From Pseudanabaenaceae cyanobacterium bins.39 (GTDB lineage Bacteria > Cyanobacteriota > Cyanobacteriia > Pseudanabaenales > Pseudanabaenaceae), in assembly GCA_033765135.1 (NCBI GenBank), contig JANRII010000058.1:2982-66981 (forward strand): a DNA stretch of 64,000 nucleotides. The letters are read 5' to 3'. Shown in pieces: positions 40,318-49,452 of this stretch (its first letter is position 1; every line of letters begins with the position of its first letter). The notes beneath the pieces were generated by a model. It worked only from the letters and a program-made list of their open reading frames with translations, was not told the DNA's origin and did no database searches. A program made the translations under genes and the position numbers.

Positions 40318-41430
40318 TTAATGCTGTAAGAAAGTGTGGACAATATCAAGGATTTGTTGGCTGGCGGTTCCGTTGCCAAAGGGATTGGCGACATTTGCCA
40401 TAGCTGCGTAGGCTTGGCGATCGCTCAGTAATGTGGTGGCGGCAGCAACGATGTCATCGGCAACAGTGCCAACTAGTTTACTTGTACCTGCGGCGATCGC
40501 CTCTGGACGTTCAGTGGTAGAGCGCAATACCAAGACGGGTTTGGCAAGACTCGGTGCTTCCTCTTGCAAGCCTCCCGAATCACTCATAATTAGGTGACAG
40601 CGTTGCATTGCGCCCACTAGCTGCTCATAGTCGAGGGGTTCGATTAAAAATATACGCGGATGGTTGCCGAGTTTAGCGATTAATGGCTCCCGTACTACTG
40701 GATTAAGGTGCATCGGCAAAACCAGAGCTACGTCAGGGAATTTATCTAAAATCGTGAGCCATGCTTGGATAATTTGTCCGAGGGGTTCACCCCAGTTTTC
40801 GCGACGATGGACGGTGGCGAGGATAACTCGTTGCGCTGACCAGTCGAGGTTGGGGATTTCACATTTTGGCGATCGCGCTGATACATGGAGCAGAGCATCA
40901 ATGACTGTATTACCTGTTTGGTAGATACCAGATTTTACGCCCGATGCTTGGAGATTATGGACAGAAGCAAGGGTGGGCGCGAAATGTAGTTGAGCAAATT
41001 GAGAGATCAGGCGACGATTAGCTTCTTCGGGAAAGGGGTTAAAAAGGTTGTCGGTGCGAAGTCCAGCTTCAACATGTCCAACGGGAATTTTTTGATAAAA
41101 AGCTGCTAGAGCCGCCGCAAAAGCTGTGGTGGTATCGCCTTGGACAATCACAAAATTGGGCTTGATGTCTTGATATAACTTTTCGAGACCAATAAGACTA
41201 TTGCAGGTGATTTCGGTGAGGGTTTGCTTAGGACGCATGATCTCCAAGTCATAATCTGCCTTGATTGCAAACAGTTGCATCACTTGCTCAACCATTTCAC
41301 GATGCTGTCCTGTGAGGATCACGGAGGTCTGAAATCGTGGATCATTTTGGAAGCAGGTGATCACTGGCGCTAGTTTAATTGCCTCTGGTCTTGTACCAAG
41401 GGTAATGCAAACATGAAATTGATTGGACAA
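40318..41430 (-). CDS. wecB: UDP-N-acetylglucosamine 2-epimerase (non-hydrolysing)
   Basis: GTRPEAIKLAP, TGQHREM, VQGDTT, HVEAGLR, HRREN, DSGGLQEEAP; TTG start. Confidence 0.96.
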   Translation of the reverse strand: MSNQFHVCITLGTRPEAIKLAPVITCFQNDPRFQTSVILTGQHREMVEQVMQLFAIKADYDLEIMRPKQTLTEITCNSLIGLEKLYQDIKPNFVIVQGDTTTAFAAALAAFYQKIPVGHVEAGLRTDNLFNPFPEEANRRLISQFAQLHFAPTLASVHNLQASGVKSGIYQTGNTVIDALLHVSARSPKCEIPNLDWSAQRVILATVHRRENWGEPLGQIIQAWLTILDKFPDVALVLPMHLNPVVREPLIAKLGNHPRIFLIEPLDYEQLVGAMQRCHLIMSDSGGLQEEAPSLAKPVLVLRSTTERPEAIAAGTSKLVGTVADDIVAAATTLLSDRQAYAAMANVANPFGNGTASQQILDIVHTFLQH

Positions 41431-41431
41431 G

Positions 41432-42283
41432 TCAAAACTCCCTAGTCAGTGGTTGCGTTGATGCAATAAGGTTAACATGGGGGGCGATCGCCTTAGTCTT
41501 GTGAGCATTGCTGCCCAATGCGGTATGGATACCGCGCAATCCCACCAAAATAATCGCACAGGTGACACCATATTGAATGAATTGCATTGGGAGGCTAGGG
41601 GTAGTTAGTAGCGATCGCCATGAGAATCCCTGCGATGGGGAAATGTCCTGAGTATTTTCCTGATTTGAGGAGGAGGGAGCAGGCAGATCAGGTATGACTG
41701 GAACATCAGACAAAAAGAGGTCAACCGAATTTGCGGGAGTCTTTACTGGCTCAACTTCAGAACGTAAGCTGGCTGAGGGAGTATCATCACTCTCTTCTAA
41801 ACCGCCAAACATTTCGTCTAGATCTGGTGTGGGAGCAATAGCCTGTGGAGGCTCAGGGTTTGGATACTCTGCCATAGGTTTCGGAGAAAATACTGGTAAA
41901 GGAGGTATCTTACGAGATTCTTGTGGCTCCTCAAATCCGCTATTTTGATTAACTTCCTGATTTAGCTCTCGTAGCACCACAGTCTCAGTCCATGCAGGTT
42001 CAATTGCTCCTGCTTGCTGCCAAGAGACATTAACACTAGATACATTTTGAATGCCTATGGTAAGAAACCACTTTCTCAACATCCCGATCAAGACTTGACG
42101 CTTCGGAATACGCATTTCATCATCTAGGGAGCGCAGATCCGATTCTATTAATACTTCTAAGTGATCGCCATCCCTTTCAACATTTGCCAACATGCCTTGA
42201 GATTTTAATAATCGATTCATGAGGGAAGCGATCGCGCTCACATTACCATCTTTTGCTTGTTCAACAAGTGGATTTTCTGCCAT
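41432..42283 (-). CDS. hypothetical protein: conserved N-terminal domain, Pro/acidic linker, C-terminal TM
   Basis: AKDGNVSAIA.LMN..L N-terminal domain typical of cyanobacterial hypotheticals; stop 1 nt before the wecB start. Confidence 0.7.
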   Translation of the reverse strand: MAENPLVEQAKDGNVSAIASLMNRLLKSQGMLANVERDGDHLEVLIESDLRSLDDEMRIPKRQVLIGMLRKWFLTIGIQNVSSVNVSWQQAGAIEPAWTETVVLRELNQEVNQNSGFEEPQESRKIPPLPVFSPKPMAEYPNPEPPQAIAPTPDLDEMFGGLEESDDTPSASLRSEVEPVKTPANSVDLFLSDVPVIPDLPAPSSSNQENTQDISPSQGFSWRSLLTTPSLPMQFIQYGVTCAIILVGLRGIHTALGSNAHKTKAIAPHVNLIASTQPLTREF

Positions 42284-42613
42284 GTCGACGACCTCAAATA
42301 ATTCTTTGATATTTTAAATAAAATAAAGGTAATAGCATCTGATAACAAATCTAAAAATGGCGTAACCATTTCTAGGATAAGTAACTATTGCTGGATTTGG
42401 GTTGGAATTTAGCCTGTAATTCAATGCATAGGAGTGTAGGCACAATTTTGTGAATTGTCTATAAACTGATATTACTAAGCCAAATATATTAGCGCCAAAA
42501 TCTTAGCATGAGTTAAGACTCTAACTATTTATTTGCCATTTATTTGCTATTTATTTCGCTGTGTATTTGCTGTGGGATTCACTTGATTACGACAATACTT
42601 AATTTCATGGTCA

Positions 42614-43474
42614 TTACTTTGAGGATTTATCTCTCATCCTTGCGGCTAAAAATCGTAAGCCCGCGATCGCGCCCAGAGCGATAATCCCGCCTGTTGGAGC
42701 AAAATCAAATGGAATTGGCGTAAAGTCTACGTCTCCAAGCGTGAATACTCCTTTAGCTTCTCCTGTGTTGTCTCCAAAAAATATAAAACTGCCTGTGGCA
42801 TAGGGATCGAAAGGTAAAGGAGGATTGCTGGTAAATCGGTTAAAGGAATAGGTTACGAGAGAACCATTGAGAATTGGAGCAAAAGTTGCAGGGGCTGTTA
42901 CCTCTTCCAATGCATAGTTACTTCCTAAAACTGTTAGCTTATATTCCTTAAGAGATGTGGTTGTAAAGGCAGCAGAATTGGCTTCTGAAGTAAAGCCAGA
43001 AGACTGCACAAAAATTTCGCCTAGCCTAAACCCAATTTCTACTCCCATCAAATCGCTACTGATGGCGATCGCGCTAAATACTGCTCGCGGATTAGTGTTA
43101 TCCACTTCATTAGTAACTGTATCTAGGCGCAGTTTGAAGGTGATGGAATAGCCAGTAATTCTATTTAATGTATTGGTATTAAAAATACTGGGTTTATGGA
43201 AACTGCTAGATACAGGATCGTAATTAGAATAACCAGAATATTCAGCATTATTGGAAGCTGTATTTAATAAAACTCCCACTCCCAACACTACGGTTTCATC
43301 GGGGAGAACAGGAATGGAGGTAGAAGTTATCGCTTCAGAACGAATTGCCGCAGCTTGTTCGTTAGGAGTTTGATTAGCAGTTCCATCATAAAGACTAATC
43401 GCCTCTACATCTTGGCTAAACCCATTAGATATCGCCATTGTAATTGCGATCGCTGGCAACCAGAATCTTTTCAT
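42614..43474 (-). CDS. secreted surface protein with PEP-CTERM-like (PF[D/E]-CTERM) sorting tail, choice-of-anchor Y-like
   Basis: Signal peptide ending VEA; C-terminal PIPFDFAP + TM + basic tail (RMRDKSSK). Confidence 0.75.
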   Translation of the reverse strand: MKRFWLPAIAITMAISNGFSQDVEAISLYDGTANQTPNEQAAAIRSEAITSTSIPVLPDETVVLGVGVLLNTASNNAEYSGYSNYDPVSSSFHKPSIFNTNTLNRITGYSITFKLRLDTVTNEVDNTNPRAVFSAIAISSDLMGVEIGFRLGEIFVQSSGFTSEANSAAFTTTSLKEYKLTVLGSNYALEEVTAPATFAPILNGSLVTYSFNRFTSNPPLPFDPYATGSFIFFGDNTGEAKGVFTLGDVDFTPIPFDFAPTGGIIALGAIAGLRFLAARMRDKSSK

Positions 43475-43574
43475 AATAAGAAAAGCTAATTATAATTTTG
43501 CCTAACTTAGCTTAAAACTTAAATATATTCAATGTTTATCCAAGTTCCTATACATTAAGAAGGCTTCTTAGAAA

Positions 43575-43648
43575 CGGGACTGATCGGGATCGAACCGATG
43601 ACCTAGCGCTTAGGAGGCGCTTGCTCTATCCAACTGAGCCACAGCCCC
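43575..43648 (-). tRNA. tRNA-Arg(CCT)
   Basis: GGGGCTGTGGCTCAGTTGGATAGAGCAAGCGC-CTCCTAA-GCGCTAGGTCATCGGTTCGATCCCGATCAGTCCCG; 7-bp acceptor stem, T-loop TTCGATC, CCA not encoded. Confidence 0.97.
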
Positions 43649-43765
43649 AGATATTTTACGTTTTTCTCAAATTATATCTAAAATCATAATTTACAATCCC
43701 CAATAATTCAAGTTATTGCCGATTGCAAATAAGTGTAGACACGCCATGTGCAACTTACCGATCTG

Positions 43766-43860
43766 CCCTCACCCTAAATCCCTGTCCTGCTTTGGGAGAT
43801 ACTTTGAGATGTTACGACTCCCCTTCTCCCAAGTGGGGAGAAAAGGTTGGGAGATGAGGG
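43766..43860. repeat. degenerate cyanobacterial small dispersed repeat (CCCTCACCCTAAATCCCT...CTCCCCTTCTCCC...GGGAGATGAGGG)
   Basis: CCCTCA/TGAGGG terminal complementarity and an internal CTCCCC/GGGGAG hairpin; overlaps the hydrolase 3' end. Confidence 0.7.
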
Positions 43861-44765
43861 TTATATTTTTGAGAAATGGAAAGGTTAATTTCAGGAATCT
43901 CCATGAGGTTAAGCATAGCGCGACCAAGTAAACCGTAAGGATTGGCAAGGGTTTCAGGCATCTCAAAATGATTATAGCCATGACCAACTAACAACTGCAC
44001 CGACTTACCCAAACTGGCTAAGTTCTGAGCAAAGTCTTTCGCTTGACGCTGAAATTCAGGAGTTTCAAGACTGCCATAGGCAACGATCACAGGTGCATGG
44101 AGGTGGTGCAGATGTCGTTGTGAACTGAGTGCCTCTTCGATTTCATATGTAAAGTTGATGTAGGAACTTCGTGCCGATAGTCTAACAGGCTTCAGATCAA
44201 ACATACCACTGCACAACAAGCCCCCTTTTAGGGTGTCCATCGGTAAACCAAAGGTGCTTTGCCAGTCGGTGGTGAGGGCAACTCCCGCAAGATGCGCTCC
44301 CGATGAGTGTCCAGAAATATAAATGCGATCGCGATCGCCGCCAAATAGATGAGCATTACGCCTTAGCCATGCCACAGCTTGGCGCACCTGCATCGCCATC
44401 GGCATCAAATCCCCCTGCGCATCCACCACATTAATAAAATCTGGCACAACAAAATGAACGCCTGCCCGTACAAATAACTCCGCAGCATAGGCAAAATCCC
44501 TCGCCACACCTTCACGCCATGCGCCCCCATGAATAAAAATATGGATCGGTGCATTAGTTTGGCGAGTAAGATAGATATCCATTTCTTCAATGGAAGTTGA
44601 GCCGTAGCGAAATCGCTGTGGTTCTCCTATTTGCGATCGCACCTGTTCACTGTTGGTGGCATATCGCTGAAGAATCTGCTGCATATTCGGTGCATAGAGG
44701 CTTTGATTGTAGGCAGCATCTAGCTCTGTCTGTTCCATATCTAGCCAAACTAGCTTCCTTTCCAT
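43812..44765 (-). CDS. alpha/beta hydrolase, arylformamidase/kynurenine formamidase-like
   Basis: FIHGGAW oxyanion motif, GHSSG nucleophile elbow, NHFE catalytic His region. Confidence 0.88.
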   Translation of the reverse strand: MERKLVWLDMEQTELDAAYNQSLYAPNMQQILQRYATNSEQVRSQIGEPQRFRYGSTSIEEMDIYLTRQTNAPIHIFIHGGAWREGVARDFAYAAELFVRAGVHFVVPDFINVVDAQGDLMPMAMQVRQAVAWLRRNAHLFGGDRDRIYISGHSSGAHLAGVALTTDWQSTFGLPMDTLKGGLLCSGMFDLKPVRLSARSSYINFTYEIEEALSSQRHLHHLHAPVIVAYGSLETPEFQRQAKDFAQNLASLGKSVQLLVGHGYNHFEMPETLANPYGLLGRAMLNLMEIPEINLSISQKYNPHLPTFSPHLGEGES

Positions 44766-44788
44766 ACCACCAAAAATTCACTTGCAAA

Positions 44789-45613
44789 CTACAAACTTTG
44801 ACTTTTCAGGTTTTGCTCAATTTGAGTTAGGAGACCAAAGGGAAATGTGGCTTTACGATATAAATGGCTGGGGATTTGGGATTGAATGGATTGATGAAAC
44901 TGTGGTAACTCACTCCAATGCCGTCCGCATTGTAGATGATGGGCTGTATGGTAGCCAAGGTTGCAGGTGAAAAAGTTGTACCAGCGATCGGTGATATTGT
45001 AGGTGGCGGCGTAGGCATTTTTTTCGTCTAGACCTGAGTGATGATCAAAGGTTTCGTGAACAGTCATAAATAAGAGAATGATCATGGGAATTAGAAAAAT
45101 AATGACAGTTCTCGCCCAATCGATCCAAGCAAGACCACTCAGGACAAGCGCAGTTAACAAAATATTCATGATCAGCTTATTGCGGGATTTTTGGTGATGT
45201 TTCCCCACCTTGAAAGCCTTGGGATATGCCATTATGCCTACTTTGAAGGTATATTCCCATCTTGACATTAATCTTCCACTAGGGGTTTTCCATGCGGATT
45301 CATCTTTAGTTTGGTCTAGATAGTTGATGTGATGACCGAGCGTATGATGCAAACTCCACGCTTCACCAACAACTCCTGTATGCAAACCCATAATTAGTTC
45401 GATTAAATTATTTGCCCATGAGACTGTAAAGAATTTGCAATGTTGATGATGATGATTCCAACAACAGATTAATCCTTTAATACTGAGGCTGAAGACTGCC
45501 CAAGCGATAGGGATGACGAGGGAAGGACTGAAGAGAAAAACTACCAAATCAATTCCGAAAACTAAGATAATAGTGAAGATAAGGTAGTAATCAATTCTTT
45601 TTCTGATGAGCAT
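44789..45613 (-). CDS. membrane fatty acid desaturase family protein
   Basis: Three His boxes WNHHHQH, LHHTLGHH and YHTAHH, plus DHH; TM segments. Confidence 0.88.
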   Translation of the reverse strand: MLIRKRIDYYLIFTIILVFGIDLVVFLFSPSLVIPIAWAVFSLSIKGLICCWNHHHQHCKFFTVSWANNLIELIMGLHTGVVGEAWSLHHTLGHHINYLDQTKDESAWKTPSGRLMSRWEYTFKVGIMAYPKAFKVGKHHQKSRNKLIMNILLTALVLSGLAWIDWARTVIIFLIPMIILLFMTVHETFDHHSGLDEKNAYAATYNITDRWYNFFTCNLGYHTAHHLQCGRHWSELPQFHQSIQSQIPSHLYRKATFPFGLLTQIEQNLKSQSL

Positions 45614-45705
45614 GTTTTAGGTGATTAGCTAGTTGGTGTAGCGTGAGGTTGGTAAACTTATTTCAAATCTTCTCAATCTATCATGTTATGAACATTTCAC
45701 CTATG

Positions 45706-46563
45706 CTAAGGACAATATTTTGCATAGAGCGATCGCACTTTTTCAATGAATTTTTCGCGTACATCAAGGGGTTCAATAATTTCACAGCTTTCGGCATAGG
45801 GCAGAATATCGCGATAGAACCAAAAGGTATTGCTGATTTTGCGGATAATCTGGCGGGTGGGTAAGGCTGTGTCTAGCCATGTGTGATCGATGTCTTCTTT
45901 CCTCGGTTGGTAAGCAAAGGCGAGATTGCCTGTGAGATGAAAGGTGACTTGAATATGGTCAAGTTGCGATCGCCATTTTCCTGCAATAGTGGTTACGGCA
46001 GCTTCCGCAGGGATGCGATCGAGTCTGAGACATCGATTGTGTTGGAGGGCTGACACTGTATCGGCTCTAGCAATATCCTTGCACCAGCAATCTAGGTAGA
46101 TGCGCTTGTCGTAGGGGGTGAATTTGGCGTAATAAATCAAAAATTCGTGAGGTTGATCAGCAGCATCAAGGTATTTGAGGCTAAAGGGTTGGTGTTGTTT
46201 GATGTAGCGCTCGATGGTGTGTCGCCAGATTTCGGGAGGTTTGTCGATAAATTTTTCGATCTCTTTTCGCAATGGTGGATTGATTTCACCACGTTCGAGT
46301 AGGAGTTGGGCGATCGCCTGTGCCTTATCTAGTTCCCCATAGTCGATCAGCAGTCGAAAGGTACGCACAAGGGATTCAATGCGATCGCTTGCCCAGTCGT
46401 TGTTTTTAGAAATTTGGATTTGCCGCTTGGCGATCGCTTCGACCAATTTGGAAATATTGGGGCGATCGCCCCATGTCATGCCCAGTTCGATCGCGAGCAT
46501 CTCCAATTGAGCTTTGTCGCGTTCTTTGATGGATAGGGTAATCGATTCGCCTTTGCGAGACAT
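45706..46563 (-). CDS. WYL domain transcriptional regulator (cyanobacterial type I-D CRISPR-associated style)
   Basis: MSRKGESITLSI.ERDKAQLE.LA.ELGMTWGDRPNISKLVEAIA N-terminus; YLD..C...NRCLRLDRI WYL core; FWFYRDILPY..CEII.P..VRE WCX-like end. Confidence 0.85.
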   Translation of the reverse strand: MSRKGESITLSIKERDKAQLEMLAIELGMTWGDRPNISKLVEAIAKRQIQISKNNDWASDRIESLVRTFRLLIDYGELDKAQAIAQLLLERGEINPPLRKEIEKFIDKPPEIWRHTIERYIKQHQPFSLKYLDAADQPHEFLIYYAKFTPYDKRIYLDCWCKDIARADTVSALQHNRCLRLDRIPAEAAVTTIAGKWRSQLDHIQVTFHLTGNLAFAYQPRKEDIDHTWLDTALPTRQIIRKISNTFWFYRDILPYAESCEIIEPLDVREKFIEKVRSLYAKYCP

Positions 46564-46604
46564 GGGCTGAGAGACTGAGTAAGCAGTAATTGAGGAATAT
46601 GGTT

Positions 46605-47186
46605 TTAGGAGTGATCTCTAGGTTGTGAGATATCGGCCTGAGGGGGATTGCTGACAGTAGAAGCGCGATCGCCACTAATACTGTTGTAGGGCAAAGCTTG
46701 ATCCGCGATCGCCGCCTCAAGGTTGGCAGCAAGAATTTGACGCGGAATCTCCCCAACCGTGTCACCGATTGTTTGATTTTGGCGATCTAAAAAGATGAAA
46801 CGCGGAATACCATCAACGCGATATTTGGTGAGTTCGGGCAACCACTTAGTATTATCAACATTCAGCATCACAAAATTAACGCGATCGCCATACTCCTGCT
46901 CTAGGGACAGCGCATCTGCTGCCATAGACTGGCAGACTTGACACCAATCAGCATAGAACTCAATGAGGGTAGGTCGATCATTGGCGATCGCCTCATCAAT
47001 TGGCATAGCCGCCGCCGCCACTGCACCTAGAGATGTGGTGTGGCGCTGAGTTTGCAAGCCTATAAAGAGCGCACTTGTTAAAATTATGGCGGCGATCGCC
47101 ACAATCAGATTGCGGAGCCGATGCACTGACGGTTGCGTAGTAACTGATGCTTCAGTATCCGTGTTTTGAGAATTCATAAATATCAA
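46605..47186 (-). CDS. txlA: membrane-anchored thioredoxin-like protein TxlA
   Basis: N-terminal TM, EFYADWCQVC (CxxC), NFVMLNVDN.KWLPE...YRVDGIP. Confidence 0.85.
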   Translation of the reverse strand: MIFMNSQNTDTEASVTTQPSVHRLRNLIVAIAAIILTSALFIGLQTQRHTTSLGAVAAAAMPIDEAIANDRPTLIEFYADWCQVCQSMAADALSLEQEYGDRVNFVMLNVDNTKWLPELTKYRVDGIPRFIFLDRQNQTIGDTVGEIPRQILAANLEAAIADQALPYNSISGDRASTVSNPPQADISQPRDHS

Positions 47187-47230
47187 AAATAGCTAAATTA
47201 GGGAGTAGTAAATTGATCAAACTTACTTAA

Positions 47231-47370
47231 GAATTGCTTTGAGAAGTTTTGATCCCCCTAAATCCCCCTTAAAAAGGGGGACTTTTTTGATCTTTTCCCC
47301 CCTTTCGTAAGGGGGGTAGGGGGGATCATCCAGTATTTTTAGCAAATGCCTACACTTCTCAAACAGGCGC
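47231..47370 (+). mobile_element. MITE copy 3 (140 bp, TAA/TAA flanks)
   Basis: TAA-GAATTGCTTTGAGAAGT ... ACTTCTCAAACAGGCGC-TAA. Confidence 0.85.
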
Positions 47371-47449
47371 TAAATTGATCAAATTATTGAATTGATGTTT
47401 TTTATTTGTAACACGCTGAATAGCTTACTAACAGTATAACTAGCTGTAA

Positions 47450-49021
47450 CTACTTGCCTCCAAGGGCAATTAATGCCAAGAAACTACCACTATTCCAAAG
47501 GCAATGCAGCAACATCGATGACAGTAGATTTCCCGATCGCCAATAGACAAAACCCATAACTATCCCTAACACACTCAAAGGGATAATATCCGCCACATTG
47601 AGATGGGCTAAGGCAAACAGAAACCCACTAATCGCGATCGCTCCCCAAATTGGCATCAATTTTGTGAGAGAAGGTAGGAGAAAGCCGCGAAATAGATATT
47701 CCTCAAAAAAGGGAGCCGCGATCGCCAGAGTTACCCATAATAAAAACTTAGGAATATTATCTTGGCTATCCACCAGAATCGGTAACAGAGGATTGCCTCC
47801 CCCTTGACCTTGCAGTAATTTTTGGCTGACAAGGGAAACAATCACCACCAATGGCACTGATGCAAAGTAACCACCAACTCCCCACAGTAACCATTGGGGA
47901 GGCAATAGCTTAAATTGGAACCAACCCACTGGCAATGGACGATATGCTTCTAAGCTAAGGTGCAAAATGGGTAACATTGGCATCACTGATAACACATAGG
48001 GAATCAGGACTAGTAAGGATTGCAACAGATAACTCTCTTGAACATTGCGAGTTAGTCCAAGGAAATCGAAAATCAGAGGCAAGATAAATTGGGTCATCAA
48101 GCAAAAAGCCGTAAACCAAAGCACCATCACTTCCCAAATCTTATCTAGACCCCAAGGCACTTGCCAAAGACGATTTGAAGATTCTTTGCTGACAGTTAGA
48201 GGAGAGGACTGACGGAAGAAAATCCATTGTCCTAATAGAAATAACCACAGTAAAAGACCGACTCCACCACCGACCAAAGGAATCAAATTAACAATGAGTA
48301 ATCGATTAATCGCTGAAGTAATATCAACCTGTTGGCTCTGAGCTAATTCAGGTAACTTATCGCTCCTTTGCTGGACTTCATAGAGCTTAGTTAAGGCGGC
48401 GTATTGATACCAACCATCAAGGGAACGGCGAATTTGGGCTTCGGCATCAGGAAAGAGCATGGCAGGTTCTGACCACAGACCGATCAAAATCTTGGCAGTT
48501 AGTCCATATTTGGTCATCTCTTGTCCTTCAATCTGACCAACATTTTGCCAAGTAGCGATCGCCTCAGATCGTTGTCCAGTCTGAATCTGTAATAGACCTG
48601 TCCGTATTCCCAATTCACTCACAATATGCAAACGCTTCTTTAATGGGATATCTAAAGAAGCCAGCGAAGAATCCGTTAGTTCGCGCTCTAAAACGGCTTG
48701 ATTTGATTTTAGAACTTCCTGATAGCTCTTGAGGGCTTGGGCGTAGATGTCCTGCGAACCACCGTCACTCAACAATAATTGTGCTATTTGCGAAGAATTA
48801 TTATCCTGAACTGCACGATCATAGGCTGGTTGGGATGCTTGGAGGATCAGATCAGTTTGCAGTAAATCTAGTTTGGTTTGTTCTTGAGGATGATGCCAAC
48901 TCGCTTGCAGAGTTAGGACAATAAAAAGAATAGAGAACAAACTGAGAATACTTAATAACCATGATTTTAGTGACCAAGACTTTGCATCCGCAGGCTTATT
49001 GTGAGGTGGTTGAGATTCCAT
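47450..49021 (-). CDS. CPBP (CAAX/Abi) family intramembrane metalloprotease
   Basis: APFFEEYLFRGFL, FALAHL, SMLLHCLWN; large N-terminal soluble region. Confidence 0.93.
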   Translation of the reverse strand: MESQPPHNKPADAKSWSLKSWLLSILSLFSILFIVLTLQASWHHPQEQTKLDLLQTDLILQASQPAYDRAVQDNNSSQIAQLLLSDGGSQDIYAQALKSYQEVLKSNQAVLERELTDSSLASLDIPLKKRLHIVSELGIRTGLLQIQTGQRSEAIATWQNVGQIEGQEMTKYGLTAKILIGLWSEPAMLFPDAEAQIRRSLDGWYQYAALTKLYEVQQRSDKLPELAQSQQVDITSAINRLLIVNLIPLVGGGVGLLLWLFLLGQWIFFRQSSPLTVSKESSNRLWQVPWGLDKIWEVMVLWFTAFCLMTQFILPLIFDFLGLTRNVQESYLLQSLLVLIPYVLSVMPMLPILHLSLEAYRPLPVGWFQFKLLPPQWLLWGVGGYFASVPLVVIVSLVSQKLLQGQGGGNPLLPILVDSQDNIPKFLLWVTLAIAAPFFEEYLFRGFLLPSLTKLMPIWGAIAISGFLFALAHLNVADIIPLSVLGIVMGFVYWRSGNLLSSMLLHCLWNSGSFLALIALGGK

Positions 49022-49051
49022 AATGTATCAAGCTAAATCTCGGCGATCCTA

Positions 49052-49372
49052 TCATCTAGCCTCTAAAAATCGCAAACCAATAATACCCATCACAATTAAG
49101 CTGATGCAGAATCCTCTGACAAAGCTGTGAGGTTCCCCAAAAAATAATGTACCAACGATCGCTGTGCCAACTACCCCAATCCCCGTCCAAATGCTATAGG
49201 CAATGCCAACAGGTATAGTTTTAACGGATTCAGCTAACAGGACAAAGCTGGCGCTCAGGGAAGCAAGGGTGATCAGGCTTGGTACTAATTTGGTAAAACC
49301 TTCCGTATATTTCAGACTATTCGCCCACACTGCCTCTAGCAGTCCTGCAATAACTAAGTTAATCCAGTCCAA
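49052..49372 (-). CDS. sugE: small multidrug resistance (SMR) transporter, Gdx/SugE-like
   Basis: W..LVIAGLLE.VWA..LKYTEGFTK, PVGIAYSIWTGIG; TTG start with GAGG RBS. Confidence 0.85.
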   Translation of the reverse strand: MDWINLVIAGLLEAVWANSLKYTEGFTKLVPSLITLASLSASFVLLAESVKTIPVGIAYSIWTGIGVVGTAIVGTLFFGEPHSFVRGFCISLIVMGIIGLRFLEAR

Positions 49373-49452
49373 AATTTTACCTCTAGTATTAGCTAAACTA
49401 TCGGAAAGTCCCGCACTGTATGCATGGCATCAGTAGCGGGAACTACCCCTAA

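Noticed and set aside
43575-46563. Genomic island integrated at tRNA-Arg carrying hydrolase, desaturase and WYL
   Set aside because: These genes lie 5' of the tRNA, not 3'; there is no integrase or duplicated tRNA 3' end, and WYL and the hydrolase are HIP1-rich
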